A stretch of DNA of 64,000 bases from Armatimonadota bacterium (GCA_963677485.1 OY781964.1:4928001-4992000), one strand, 5' to 3'; shown: positions 48,851 through 59,390, numbered from the stretch's first letter. Made by a program: numbers and translations. The notes: a model not told the origin generated them from the letters alone.

Positions 48851-48939
48851 GGTGAGCATATGACAACCATTGGTATGCTCTCAGGAGTGATCTCCAGAGC
48901 TACATCAACTCGCATGACTAATACACTCTCCATTCATCT

Positions 48940-50466
48940 CTAGTAAAATATCGGGTTAGTCAGCACAGGCATTAGACACACCATCTGCTCATTCGCTGCC
49001 TCAAGTGAGCCGTGCTCATGCATAAGCACCGCGCATCGCACCGCATCGATGATATGGTCATTACCCTTGGAGTAGATGATATTGCCGTTTGAGAGTGTGT
49101 AAGTATGGGTAGTAAACTGGTCCTCTATCTCGGGGTCATTTACAGGCAGGATAAGCTGCCGTCTTTGCAGGGCACCGGTAATGAGTGTGGTCATCAGCTC
49201 CTTGGTGCGCTTTCGCATCTCACGTCCGTCCCTCACAGAGAGTGTAGTCACACCTCCAAAATCATAGCCGCGTAACCGGCCCTCAAGCTGCATCGGTTTG
49301 TATTTATCAAGTGTCAGCAGCTCTTGAACTACCGCAAGGCCGTTGCCTCCGTTGTCGAGGCCTATCCCGACAGGGGTGAAGTAGCGCTCGAGTAGCGAGA
49401 TAACCTGAGAGATATGCGGATACGTCACATGCTCAAGATGCACGCGCAGAACCATTGAGAGCACGGACCGCTCACCCTGCGGCACCTCCTGAAACACCAC
49501 AATCTCCGTGGGGTCATTTGTATATCCAAGGTCACCGCCCATCCAGAACACCCCGGTCTGCGGCATAAGATTAAGAAGCATCTCAAGCCGGTCATACGAC
49601 TCCTCTTCGGTTTGGCAGCTCCTGATGTCTTCGCCCATGATAGATATCTTCTGGTATTCGATGATTTCCTGTCTGCATAGGGTTAGAACGTCTATGTTAA
49701 ACACACCGTATGACGGCTTACCGTGCTCCCCGGCTACCTCATGCTGCCAGCCAGCGGTCTGCTTACCTCCATAGAACTCAATCAGCTCTGCCTCGCGTTC
49801 GGCGTTCCAGGCAGGGTTAAGCCAGGACGGCCAGCGGAACACTTTGAACTGATCTGAGCTGGTCAGCCTGTAGTAAGTGGTGTCCCTTAAGCCGTTAGGT
49901 GTCGAATAGATACGCAGCGTGCCACCAGCCTTGAGGCACTGTCGAAGCGCCTTCCATGCTTTTTCGGTTAGCCAGGCACCCTCATCAACCCAGACCCGCT
50001 CAACGTGCAGCGAACGAAACGCGTCGCCATATGTACCGGCAGGCCGGAAGTAGAGAATAGAGCCGTTAGAAAACTCAATTCGGAAGTATGGCTTACGGAA
50101 AATTTTGGGTTTTCCATATTTTGTGATGCCAATACTCGCTGAAAGCTCTGGGCTCGAATCTATCTGAAACTCGATCTCCTCGGCGAGAGCGTCGAGATGC
50201 CCCTGGTGGGGGGTGGCAATAAGCCCCTGGCCGCCTCGTTTGGTGAATGCGAAATGCAGCGCATCTGTAGTCAGCGAAATAGACTTACCGGAATCACGGC
50301 CATCTAGGTGGATGATGTTGCGATCCTTACAGTTCATATCCTCAATCTGGTGAGGCCAGTATCCCCGCGCAGAACCGTCCCGGTTTTTAAGGTAATGCTC
50401 ACCAAATGACACAGGATCCCGTAATCGCTTTACAATTTCATCTTCGGAGGAATTTGTATTAGTCAT
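48940..50466 (-). CDS. terL: terminase large subunit
   Basis: GRDSGKS Walker A, VWVDE Walker B, STPNG, GGDLG...DPT and DHIIDA nuclease motifs. Confidence 0.92.
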   Translation of the reverse strand: MTNTNSSEDEIVKRLRDPVSFGEHYLKNRDGSARGYWPHQIEDMNCKDRNIIHLDGRDSGKSISLTTDALHFAFTKRGGQGLIATPHQGHLDALAEEIEFQIDSSPELSASIGITKYGKPKIFRKPYFRIEFSNGSILYFRPAGTYGDAFRSLHVERVWVDEGAWLTEKAWKALRQCLKAGGTLRIYSTPNGLRDTTYYRLTSSDQFKVFRWPSWLNPAWNAEREAELIEFYGGKQTAGWQHEVAGEHGKPSYGVFNIDVLTLCRQEIIEYQKISIMGEDIRSCQTEEESYDRLEMLLNLMPQTGVFWMGGDLGYTNDPTEIVVFQEVPQGERSVLSMVLRVHLEHVTYPHISQVISLLERYFTPVGIGLDNGGNGLAVVQELLTLDKYKPMQLEGRLRGYDFGGVTTLSVRDGREMRKRTKELMTTLITGALQRRQLILPVNDPEIEDQFTTHTYTLSNGNIIYSKGNDHIIDAVRCAVLMHEHGSLEAANEQMVCLMPVLTNPIFY

Positions 50467-51113
50467 CTATCTCCTTGCACGGCTTCGGTCTGCCCGGCAT
50501 CTGCTATTTCGGCTTCAGCTTTTTGAGCTTCCCGTTTATCGGCCTCCAGCTTATCGGCTTCCAGCTTATCGGATTCCAGTTTGGCAACTCTTTCTGACTC
50601 CGTGACCCGCTCAAGAAGCGCGGTTGCCCACTCAGCGGGGGTCGTCTGCAGACCTCTAGGCTCATCCCCCTCGCGGGAAATCTTGGTGGCCTTGAGATCT
50701 TTCAGGTGACAGCGGATCATTCGGTCCAGCCGCTCCGCCCCGTCCCAGTCTTCGGCTTCCTGAGCACGGCCAAGTTTCAGGAAGTAGACCGCCACTAACT
50801 CTACCTGCATGAAGTCAGAGCTCTTGTTGAACACGAAATCCTCTTGCAGCTGGGCTGTGATGGAATCAAAGATCACCCTCTCATCTGCCGAAAGAAAGCG
50901 GTCGGCGTAGATGCCGTGCTTCATCGCGTTGTGACTACCAAGTGGCGCTCCTCCGGCACTCCTGTCTGCACCGCTTCGCCTCCAGCGTTCTACTCGTGCC
51001 GTGTCCTGGGCACCAACGGGATTCGCGTTGCCTTCAGCTATGCAATCTTCGCTCACTACCGGTGCCGGTATAGATTCTGCTTTGCCCTTTGCTGGGCCAT
51101 TTCGGTTGCTCAT
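50463..51113 (-). CDS. terS: terminase small subunit
   Basis: GAP.G..NA.KHG.Y motif; ATGA-coupled to terL. Confidence 0.7.
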   Translation of the reverse strand: MSNRNGPAKGKAESIPAPVVSEDCIAEGNANPVGAQDTARVERWRRSGADRSAGGAPLGSHNAMKHGIYADRFLSADERVIFDSITAQLQEDFVFNKSSDFMQVELVAVYFLKLGRAQEAEDWDGAERLDRMIRCHLKDLKATKISREGDEPRGLQTTPAEWATALLERVTESERVAKLESDKLEADKLEADKREAQKAEAEIADAGQTEAVQGDR

Positions 51114-51190
51114 TGTTTATCTCCCCAAGGGGGTATCCCTATCTGTATCGACAAGATGCGCGTATCGCTAGCTGCCCATCCATCCGTTGC

Positions 51191-53764
51191 CTAATTCCTA
51201 TAATTCTGATAGTCAGCCATGTCCATACTGTCGTTTACCTGCACAAAGATGCCTGCACTGTCGAAATGACCCACTGACTGCACATCCTGTGCACCTTGCG
51301 AACCTTGTGCTCCCTCCGTCGCCAATTTACCGCCTTGTAACGGCACCGTGATGCTGTGCTCACGGGATGCACAACTGGATTCATCTGGGCTTGTTACCAG
51401 AGTTGAACCAAGACTACTACCAAGCGAGAGAGTAATGCCACGCCAGAACCTTGTATACATAGTTCTGTAACTCTCAATATTTCCTCGTTCTGACAGACGT
51501 AACCCGAACCAGCGCTGGGAAAGCGGCTTCTCACCATTTGTATCAGCCCACTGACAGTAAGCCGAGTAGAGTTCCTTAGCTGTAGTCTGCGCACTTTTAT
51601 CAAATACACAACACTCCCCAAGAAACCCACCCAGCACGTCCATATCCTGCTGCAACTTTCCTGTAGCGGCGCGTACTGCTTTTGGTGTTGACAAACCATC
51701 CTTCTGCCAGTCGAGGCACCCCCGAACGAGCCAAGCCAATACCCCTTCGTATTCACCTCTCAGTTTGTCAGAGAGCGACTTGTCCTTATACGGGCCTGTA
51801 GGATGCTCAGGATCTTGAAACTGCACATTGAATGGGATCAACCTTATCCGCCGCCAGATGCCATAATCCTGCCCCTGAACAACCGGCACATGGTTACATG
51901 CCAGCCACAGTTTGAAGACCGGAACGAACGTGAAGAACTCCTGGTAGAGAAACCGAGCTGTTACCGCGTCTTGACCGGTCAGTTCCTTAACAAGCGATTC
52001 TGCCAGCCGCTTACCCGCACTGGTCTCGATCGCACAGACAAGACGGGCACCGCGCAGAGCCGCCAGATCGTTAGTGTTGCTTGAGTTGTTCTTCTCCACA
52101 AGCGTGTCGGTGGAAGTCTTTGTCTCATAGTCGCCCCATATATCACGTAGTGCGGTAATGAACGTCGACTTGCCATTAGAGCCGCACCCATGCAAGATGA
52201 AGAACAACTGCTCGCGTGTATCCCCAGTCAGCGTATAGCCACAGGCCTGCTGCACAAAGCGAATGAGATCTTCGTCATTTTCGAATATCTCCGCGATGAA
52301 CTTCTCCCATGTAGGACACTTCGCCTCTGGGTCATACGCAATAGGGCTCACCTTAGAAATAAGCTCAGCCCGGTCATGCGCATGCATGACACCGGAACGC
52401 AGATCCACTGTCCCGTTAGCGCAGTTCAATGCCCATTTGTCTGAATCGAGCTGTTTAGCGAGAATGCTAATGTTTAGCTCAGATTCAGCCTGTGAGACCT
52501 TTGCCAGTATTCGCCTGTGGTTGCCAGAAGACAGAGCGTGGCGCTCAAAACTCTTTGCTAACTCTTCGCCCTCTGTGTCATTCTCCGCCTCAGCGATTTG
52601 ACGCATGGACACAGCCTGCTTAAGCATATCCTCCACAACGGACTTGGCCTTACGAACGACATCGCTGCTTTCATCCTTGTCCCAGCGTCTTCCATCCCAG
52701 CAGTACCATCTACCCGCATCATGACAGTAGCGAAGTGTTTCGCCGTGTTTACTAACCAGGCGCCTGGCGTTACCCATATCGTTCAACGGCTCGCCGTCTG
52801 GGCCATGAAGACTGATGCCGCCACCTGACGATTCGCAGCTGCGCCTGCCCGCACGCGCACCATAGGTCTCTTTAGTCATCCCAATAGCCGCGTCTATCGT
52901 AATCTGCGCGTAGGTCTGCGTACCTCTTAACTCGTCCCATTTTTCGCGCATTAGCCCCGACATTCGAAAGAGCTTGTCCATCCGCCCGGGATCTTTATCC
53001 GTATAGAACGCAAGCATACAGGCCAGCGCCATATCTGCAGAACTTGCATCGCCGTTGTAATCGCCGACATTCCCGTTCCAGAGCTTGCTGAATTTGATTC
53101 CGTTGGACGCCGACATGGCCTTTTGTATCAGTTGTGAATCAGAAAGATTCCCGCCTGAGGGTTTCTTCCTTTTTCCTTTTGAACCCGCGTGGCTGTCACC
53201 CTTCTCTTCGCTGATGATGTCCCCGAACATCTCCTTATAGATCTCATCGGTCACCTGCTGAGCACCGGTGACTTGTGTCAGATCGTCGTGCCACACCCGG
53301 CCGGTAAACACAACGAGCCGCGTTTCATCGTATATCTCGAACTTCGGTTTGCTGCTTACACGGCATCTGCTACCCGGCTTTTTCGCTCGCGCAATGATAT
53401 GTATCCCTGATCCTGAGCGGCTATATTCCGTATAGGAACCTACCCGCTCAATCATCTCCTGCGCCCATGGTTCTATTTCGCCGTCTTTGATCACGTGATC
53501 GAGATCGATGAAGACGTAAGGATCATCCTTACTTATCACAAACCCAATGCCGTCGAACCTATTCTTTGGCCTGCTTAACGCGTCCACAACCTCATCGAAG
53601 GTGTGCCAGGTTGAAGGGTCATTGGGCCTGGCATGCCCGCGGCCCACCATATCTGTGCGGTAAGGAACCTTTGTCGGATTACCATCCCGTTCTTCAATCC
53701 GGTAGCATACCCACTGCCTTAGCTCTTTTAACTCCTGGGGAATACAATTCATGTTGCTATCCAT
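51191..53764 (-). CDS. primase-polymerase (NrS-1-like) fused to D5/P4-type SF3 helicase
   Basis: QWV, DPSTW, GIGF, IDLDH, E.S.SG.G.H; D.SSAD.AL; D.GNARRL; G.GSNGKST; KELTG.D...ARFL. Confidence 0.92.
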   Translation of the reverse strand: MDSNMNCIPQELKELRQWVCYRIEERDGNPTKVPYRTDMVGRGHARPNDPSTWHTFDEVVDALSRPKNRFDGIGFVISKDDPYVFIDLDHVIKDGEIEPWAQEMIERVGSYTEYSRSGSGIHIIARAKKPGSRCRVSSKPKFEIYDETRLVVFTGRVWHDDLTQVTGAQQVTDEIYKEMFGDIISEEKGDSHAGSKGKRKKPSGGNLSDSQLIQKAMSASNGIKFSKLWNGNVGDYNGDASSADMALACMLAFYTDKDPGRMDKLFRMSGLMREKWDELRGTQTYAQITIDAAIGMTKETYGARAGRRSCESSGGGISLHGPDGEPLNDMGNARRLVSKHGETLRYCHDAGRWYCWDGRRWDKDESSDVVRKAKSVVEDMLKQAVSMRQIAEAENDTEGEELAKSFERHALSSGNHRRILAKVSQAESELNISILAKQLDSDKWALNCANGTVDLRSGVMHAHDRAELISKVSPIAYDPEAKCPTWEKFIAEIFENDEDLIRFVQQACGYTLTGDTREQLFFILHGCGSNGKSTFITALRDIWGDYETKTSTDTLVEKNNSSNTNDLAALRGARLVCAIETSAGKRLAESLVKELTGQDAVTARFLYQEFFTFVPVFKLWLACNHVPVVQGQDYGIWRRIRLIPFNVQFQDPEHPTGPYKDKSLSDKLRGEYEGVLAWLVRGCLDWQKDGLSTPKAVRAATGKLQQDMDVLGGFLGECCVFDKSAQTTAKELYSAYCQWADTNGEKPLSQRWFGLRLSERGNIESYRTMYTRFWRGITLSLGSSLGSTLVTSPDESSCASREHSITVPLQGGKLATEGAQGSQGAQDVQSVGHFDSAGIFVQVNDSMDMADYQNYRN

Positions 53765-53768
53765 GCTG

Positions 53769-55940
53769 CTATTCCTTATCCAGCATATGAGGCATTAGTG
53801 TCCGGCGCTCATCTACGTGTCTTACATGGGCGCAGTTGGCGATCCCTCCTGTGTCACCGATAATAATCGCCGTCTTTGACGCTCGTGTCACACCGGTGTA
53901 GAGAAGATTACGGTGATGCATGAACGAATGCGCACTGTGTATGACCACCATGGAGCACGGATACTCGCTGCCCTGGGCTCTGTGAATCGTCAGGGCATAT
54001 GCCAGCTGGATATCATTACGTTCAGGTGACCCCGCTTCAATCTCGACCAGACCCGATTCAAACTCAATGGAGAGAGAGCCATCACTCCCTGCAGACTTCA
54101 CTATCCCGATCGATCCGTTCATGATATCGAGATTGTAGTTATTCCTGGTCTGTATCACCTTGTCGCTCTTGTATAGCTTCGGTCGCCTTTCTGGCGGGGT
54201 GGGCGTGATTTCGTTACCCCAGAGCTTACTCTGTATGAGCTTTTGCAGCAGCGAGTTGAGCTCAACCGTCCCGAGCGGCCCTTTGTGTGTGGGAGTGAGC
54301 AGCTGCACATCACGCAGAATGTCAAAGCCCAGCCGCTGGTTTAGCACATGCGTAAAGATATCTCTGATATTGTTCTGAACATCCATTACGTTTGAATACT
54401 GATCTACCACGTACCATGCACCAAACTCTGGGTGCTCCCTTGGTGGTGTCTTAGGCACTATACCGGTAAGGACGGCGATGCTGTTCTCTTTGAGGATTCC
54501 AGCCTGCCTGACCACCTGGTCAAGGATCGTCGTAGGCAGCACTTTTGTGCTAATGAGATCCCGCAATATATTCCCCGGTCCAACTGGTGGGAGCTGCGAA
54601 TGATCTCCGACAAGAACTACAGCGGTTCGAGAAAGACAAATTGCCTGGAATAGGCGCGATGCCAGCAGCACATCGACCATGGAGCACTCGTCGACGACAA
54701 GCACATCAGTAACGAGCGGGGTTTCGGCACTATGCTCAAAGCCCTGGCCAGAGTAACCCAGGAGGCGGTGAATGGTCTGGGCAGGTCTACCGGTCGATTC
54801 CTCCATCCGCCTTGCCGCCTTGCCGGTAGGTGCGCAGAGTGCAAAGCTCAAATGATTGGCCTCACAGATATCTGTGATAGCGCGGATGGTGAAGGTCTTG
54901 CCGACACCGGCACCACCGCATATGAGCGATATGGAATGACCAAAGGCCGCATCGACCGCTTGCCGCTGCTTGTTGTTGAGCATGGCGCATTGTTTACTGA
55001 AGTCTTTGATCTTGTGAGGACTAGCACCTCTTCCACCACTAAAGATCTCCACCAGGTCCGCTTCCATCTGCAGGATAGCTGGCTTAACCACCACCAGCAG
55101 GCTGTCTGTTGAGTAGCAGGCAAGATTGTTGTGGTCTATAAGGTAGTCCAGATGCGACTCAATTAGTTCCTTACTTTGAAGACAGTCCATCACAAGCAGA
55201 GAATTCGCTTTCGTGAGCAGATCCTCTAATTCTATCCAGCAATCTCCTCTCTCAAGAGCTTCGTCAACGCAGTACATAATGCATGCACGTATGCGGTTCG
55301 GATCATTCTTGGCAGTTCCCACTTGTCTGGCTATCTTGTCGATCCTCTTAAAGCCAAACCCTTCTATCTCACCGATGAGCACGTAAGGGTTGTGCTCCAT
55401 GATGCCAACAGCGTTGTCACCCAGCTTACTTACAAGCCTGGTGACCTGGTTATGCGTGAGCCCATATGCCGAGAGTGCAGTCATAGCGGCATTGATGTGC
55501 GACGACTGAGTCCACCTGTCGCGCATCCCCACGACCACGCTGAGAGGCACATGGGCCGTCTCGGCAATGAGCTCAGGGGTATCGATGAGCACGCGTTCAA
55601 AGTTACTGGCGAACTTTTCTGCAACCGCCTTAGCCTTTACAGGGCCGATACCTTTAATGTCTGGGTTATTCGAAAGGTAGTTAGCCAGCCCGGTGGCATC
55701 AAGCTGCTTATCATGTTCCATACTGGCCACTTCAAACTGCTGACCATATTTCGGATGGTTCACGAACTTACCGTGCAACACGATCGGTTCATGTTCCCTT
55801 GGGACAGTGATTCCAGCAAACGACACACTTTCACCGCTCTTTGTTATGAACCTCCCCGCGCAGAAGCTTGCGGAAGAGAAGAAGATGTGCTCGACATGTC
55901 CCCGGAGACTGGTATGTGAAACGGAAGCTGTGCTTTGCAA
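53769..55940 (-). CDS. recD2: RecD2-like SF1 helicase
   Basis: HPKYG.QF, GIGP, GFKRID, GGAGVGKT, APTGKAA, DECSM, GDH.QLP.VG, AYALTIH..QGSE; TTG start with GGAG. Confidence 0.9.
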   Translation of the reverse strand: MQSTASVSHTSLRGHVEHIFFSSASFCAGRFITKSGESVSFAGITVPREHEPIVLHGKFVNHPKYGQQFEVASMEHDKQLDATGLANYLSNNPDIKGIGPVKAKAVAEKFASNFERVLIDTPELIAETAHVPLSVVVGMRDRWTQSSHINAAMTALSAYGLTHNQVTRLVSKLGDNAVGIMEHNPYVLIGEIEGFGFKRIDKIARQVGTAKNDPNRIRACIMYCVDEALERGDCWIELEDLLTKANSLLVMDCLQSKELIESHLDYLIDHNNLACYSTDSLLVVVKPAILQMEADLVEIFSGGRGASPHKIKDFSKQCAMLNNKQRQAVDAAFGHSISLICGGAGVGKTFTIRAITDICEANHLSFALCAPTGKAARRMEESTGRPAQTIHRLLGYSGQGFEHSAETPLVTDVLVVDECSMVDVLLASRLFQAICLSRTAVVLVGDHSQLPPVGPGNILRDLISTKVLPTTILDQVVRQAGILKENSIAVLTGIVPKTPPREHPEFGAWYVVDQYSNVMDVQNNIRDIFTHVLNQRLGFDILRDVQLLTPTHKGPLGTVELNSLLQKLIQSKLWGNEITPTPPERRPKLYKSDKVIQTRNNYNLDIMNGSIGIVKSAGSDGSLSIEFESGLVEIEAGSPERNDIQLAYALTIHRAQGSEYPCSMVVIHSAHSFMHHRNLLYTGVTRASKTAIIIGDTGGIANCAHVRHVDERRTLMPHMLDKE

Positions 55941-56359
55941 GAATCTATCTCCATTTGTTGGCTGCGTAATAGGAACTCCGTGACAAACCGGCAAGCGATC
56001 TGCCTGCTAGTGCAGAAGTATACCGGGACACCGTAATCTACAATGATGGACATGGTCGCACCAAAAACTGAGTTTGGGTGAGCTCTGGAGCGATACGTGC
56101 TCGTGAGCAGATCCCCGAGACTCGCTTCGACGACTACGCAGGCGCGGGGGTATGTCTGAAGTATCTTCAGTTCGCGGCTGAACCTCTCGCGTTCATGTAT
56201 AACTGTGTGGACAAAGTCGTTTAATGTCTTTCTCTCCACAGCTACTTGGTCTTCCATTGTTTCAATGGAGTAGTCACCTGCCGCAAGCTTCTTCCGCACG
56301 GTGGGCTCTATAAATGTATAGGCCTCTTGTTCACGGGTGTCGACTACTATCTGCAACAT
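55844..56359 (-). CDS. ERCC4-family nuclease
   Basis: VDTREQ, L.AGDYS, VERKT..D. Confidence 0.9.
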   Translation of the reverse strand: MLQIVVDTREQEAYTFIEPTVRKKLAAGDYSIETMEDQVAVERKTLNDFVHTVIHERERFSRELKILQTYPRACVVVEASLGDLLTSTYRSRAHPNSVFGATMSIIVDYGVPVYFCTSRQIACRFVTEFLLRSQQMEIDSCKAQLPFHIPVSGDMSSTSSSLPQASARGGS

Positions 56360-56400
56360 GAAGTCATCTCATTTATCTCCGTAACCTGCGTAATATATAA

Positions 56401-56436
56401 CGTGCCAGAACCGGCTAAGCAGACAGCCCCGGCACG
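56401..56436 (-). terminator. long RNA hairpin after the SSB gene (terminator or processing site)
   Basis: 15 of 16 positions pair on the - strand RNA, including 4 G-U pairs; GCUU loop; followed by UUAUAUAUU. Confidence 0.55.
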
Positions 56437-56453
56437 ACGTGTAACCTAGTTTT

Positions 56454-56930
56454 TTAGAAGCGGCTCAAACTGGCAGGAGCTTCCACTGCGAAGGGATCCG
56501 CAGTGACGATGCGGCGATTGATATAGATCTGGTCATTTCCTCCCTTGATGCGTTTGTTTATCTCAAGCGTCATGTCGAGTAGCTCGTGAAGCCGACCAGG
56601 AAGATCAGTAAGGTTGACCAGGTCAAGTCCGCATGTGTGCAGGTCGGTCTTGAGGTATTTCATGTTGTCGTGGCTGATCACGGTGTTTTTCCACAGTAGT
56701 CGGCCTACACAGCTGGGAGCAAGCACTTTGAACGTCCACTTGAGCATGGGTTCGTGCTTTGCTTTCGTTCTGACAAGCTCCACCATCTCCACCTTTACTT
56801 GGTATTTACCTTCAGGCAGATCGTCAAAGCCCTGCTCCTGAGCAGCGGCCACTGCATATGTGCTCTGATAGTTCACGAGATCGAAGACGTCGTTACCGGT
56901 ATCCGAACTGGGGGCATAGTCCTGGCTCAT
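56454..56930 (-). CDS. single-stranded DNA-binding protein (DUF669-like)
   Basis: LPEGKYQV.V..VE, PML.W.F.V, GR.LW.N. Confidence 0.8.
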   Translation of the reverse strand: MSQDYAPSSDTGNDVFDLVNYQSTYAVAAAQEQGFDDLPEGKYQVKVEMVELVRTKAKHEPMLKWTFKVLAPSCVGRLLWKNTVISHDNMKYLKTDLHTCGLDLVNLTDLPGRLHELLDMTLEINKRIKGGNDQIYINRRIVTADPFAVEAPASLSRF

Positions 56931-56949
56931 TTGGTATCTCCTTTGTCAG

Positions 56950-57723
56950 TTACTTACTGGTTTTGGGGCTGCTGATTGCAGCTGCTTGATTGGTGCTAAT
57001 ACTGGGGCCGCTAATTGCGGCCACCTGATTTGCGCTAAATGCCTCAATGAACTTAGCGAAATCCAGATCGATGACCTCGGGAATGCGTCCGGTTCTGTCA
57101 CCGGCCTCGTAGTTAGCACTAGGCTTTGTGCGCATCACGCGGTGAACAGTGCTCCGGCCAAGGGTATCGGTTGCGACCTCTATATCGCAGAACAGGATCA
57201 TATCGACCATGCCCAGCACGATCTTACGTGCCTTGTCGGGGAGCGTCGGCACGATGCGCGTATGCTTACCGGTGCGTGTGTCAATCTCCTTCTCCGTGGA
57301 GTGAGATACTAGAAATAGCCCATAGGGCAGGAACGCAAGCTTATTGATCACACGCTGGAACTCGTTGTTAATGAGTGCGTACCCTTTGCCGTAGCCCAGA
57401 TCCGATTCGTGTTCCACCTTGAACTTGCGGCAGACGTGATCTGAGCACATTCGATAGGCGTTATCCACGGTATCGATGATGATCGTCTTATATGGGTGAT
57501 TACCCTCAGCGATCTCACCGCATACCGTCAGCAGATCATCCCAGTTGTTTATGGGCACCTGGAACACCTCAAGCGAGTTAAGACCCGGCTCGGTCGATAG
57601 GAACAGCGCATTATCGGCATGGGAGCACCACTGACTCTTTCCAATCTTCGTGGCTCCGTATACAAGCACAGTCAGGTCAGCAAGGCTGGGTCTGGGCGGC
57701 GTCTTGGTAGTTGGTAGCAACAT
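56950..57723 (-). CDS. Sak4-like AAA ATPase / annealing protein
   Basis: LVYG.TKIGKS, TE.G, TIIIDTVD, GYGKGY, LVSH. Confidence 0.85.
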   Translation of the reverse strand: MLLPTTKTPPRPSLADLTVLVYGATKIGKSQWCSHADNALFLSTEPGLNSLEVFQVPINNWDDLLTVCGEIAEGNHPYKTIIIDTVDNAYRMCSDHVCRKFKVEHESDLGYGKGYALINNEFQRVINKLAFLPYGLFLVSHSTEKEIDTRTGKHTRIVPTLPDKARKIVLGMVDMILFCDIEVATDTLGRSTVHRVMRTKPSANYEAGDRTGRIPEVIDLDFAKFIEAFSANQVAAISGPSISTNQAAAISSPKTSK

Positions 57724-57742
57724 GCATTAGTCTCCTTGCAGT

Positions 57743-58792
57743 TTAGAATGCTGCCATGGCAGCGGACACGGACTCACTGGTTACCGGGTCGCCTAAAAGC
57801 TCCTCATGTGCGGGGGCCTTCTCGTAGAAGCAGTCAATCACGTTCTGACTGTCCCCTGATTTACACAGTGCAAAATAGGCGCATGGCCTGTGGTAGTTAA
57901 AGCAAAACGCGGTGTTACGATAGTAGACACCCCGTCGCCGGCAGTCCAGAAACTGCTGTGTCAGCTCCCAGAGATCTGCTTCCAGTGCGTCATACTGGTC
58001 TCTTGAGATGTAGAGCATTTCACGGTGAAACATGCCGGGTTCATCGAACTTCGCAAGCAGCCGGTTCTGGAAATCATCATCTGGCTCCGGTTCCTTACGG
58101 GTGGCTGTGGTCTTACCGGTCTTTGACTTAGCCAGAAGATCCGCCTTTCGAGATTCGAACTCCCGTTCGTTCTCACCCTTTCCCTGCTGCAGCCTGGCTT
58201 TCACGAGCACGTTGTAGATGATTCCGGTAATCTTAATCCCCTGCGTCTGCTTTATATAGTGGGCATACAAGGTGATCTGGAAGTCGGACCACAGCTTCTC
58301 CAGGTAGTCACCGTCTATCTGCGACGCGGTCTTGTGCTCAAGCAGGTAATATCCGTCTTTCATACGGACCACGCCGTCTACTTTCCCGGCCAGTTCAAAC
58401 GTGCGTGAGGCAAAGCGAGTGACAGGGTTCTTGATCTTACCCGCGAACGTCTTTTCAAGAAACACCACTTCGAACTCCTCGGTTTCATAACGCTTCGCAT
58501 AGCTCTTCATCATCGCGGTGGCCAGATGCCAGTCCGCCATCTGCGATTCGTCCTGCGCTCTACAGGCAAGTGACCGGTCGATGTGCTCAAGCACCTGGGT
58601 AATATCTCTGCACGTGTGCCACTTCTCCAGGCACTCGTGAATGAGCGAGCCGAACATCAGGTTATGGTCCCGCTGGATAGGCACCAGCTCCTTCACGTAA
58701 CGCCAGTCGCAGGCTTTCCGGCAGTTGCGGAACATATTCCACATCGTGTATGTGGTGACCTCGTAGCTCTTTGGATCTCTGCTGTCTGTCAC
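57743..58792 (-). CDS. PD-(D/E)XK exonuclease (AddB/Cas4-like Cys arrangement)
   Basis: FGSLIH..LE, GKVDG, EHKT, Q...Y; one N-terminal Cys plus C-x6-C-x5-C; GTGA overlap start. Confidence 0.85.
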   Translation of the reverse strand: MTDSRDPKSYEVTTYTMWNMFRNCRKACDWRYVKELVPIQRDHNLMFGSLIHECLEKWHTCRDITQVLEHIDRSLACRAQDESQMADWHLATAMMKSYAKRYETEEFEVVFLEKTFAGKIKNPVTRFASRTFELAGKVDGVVRMKDGYYLLEHKTASQIDGDYLEKLWSDFQITLYAHYIKQTQGIKITGIIYNVLVKARLQQGKGENEREFESRKADLLAKSKTGKTTATRKEPEPDDDFQNRLLAKFDEPGMFHREMLYISRDQYDALEADLWELTQQFLDCRRRGVYYRNTAFCFNYHRPCAYFALCKSGDSQNVIDCFYEKAPAHEELLGDPVTSESVSAAMAAF

Positions 58793-59109
58793 GCGCCCGC
58801 CCCTGCAGTGCGCATTTGGCCTTCTGGGCTGCGTTTGCCCGGCTCCGTGCGTTCGACATGGAAGCACTGTTCACCAAAACCGTCTGTAATGAACCCCGTG
58901 AAGATGCGGGCGATGTGAATACCCACCTCAGTCCCTGCATCTATCTCACATTTTCGTGTCTTGCGGTTAAGCCAAAACTTCGCGCTTAACCTAAGTTCAG
59001 ACCGTCCGTGCAGGCTCTCCACAGCCAGAGCTGCGAGCATGAGTGCATCTTCCACGTCTTGCATGGGTATCGACTTCGAGAAGCGGTATCTGAAAACCGA
59101 CTTAGTCAT
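58789..59109 (-). CDS. hypothetical protein, first gene of the replication operon
   Basis: GGAGG RBS; coupled to the exonuclease gene. Confidence 0.7.
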   Translation of the reverse strand: MTKSVFRYRFSKSIPMQDVEDALMLAALAVESLHGRSELRLSAKFWLNRKTRKCEIDAGTEVGIHIARIFTGFITDGFGEQCFHVERTEPGKRSPEGQMRTAGAGA

Positions 59110-59233
59110 ATGTTCCTCCACAGGAATGTTTAGTTGGTATCTTACGCGACCCCCAAAGAACCCGAAAAAAGCCCGAAAATCGTCTATTTCTAGCCTTCAT
59201 ATACCGGCCCAAAAATCATATCCCCCCAATTAA

Positions 59234-59265
59234 TATTTACGCGCGATTTTTAGAAAGTGTCGGAA
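59234..59265 (-). promoter_or_regulatory. element-specific promoter, copy C
   Basis: TTCCGACACTTTCTAAAAATCGCGCGTAAATA. Confidence 0.75.
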
Positions 59266-59390
59266 TCACGCTCAGACTGGAACTGGTCCAGGTGGTTTCG
59301 TGCAGGTGGTTTACGACTTACTTGAGCCTGAAACAACACCCGAAATCTTCGCGACATTTCTGTGCTCCAAAATCACATCCCCCCAATTGA

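Noticed and set aside
57743-58792. cas4 of a CRISPR system
   Set aside because: Sits in an exonuclease-Sak4-SSB phage recombination module with no other cas genes
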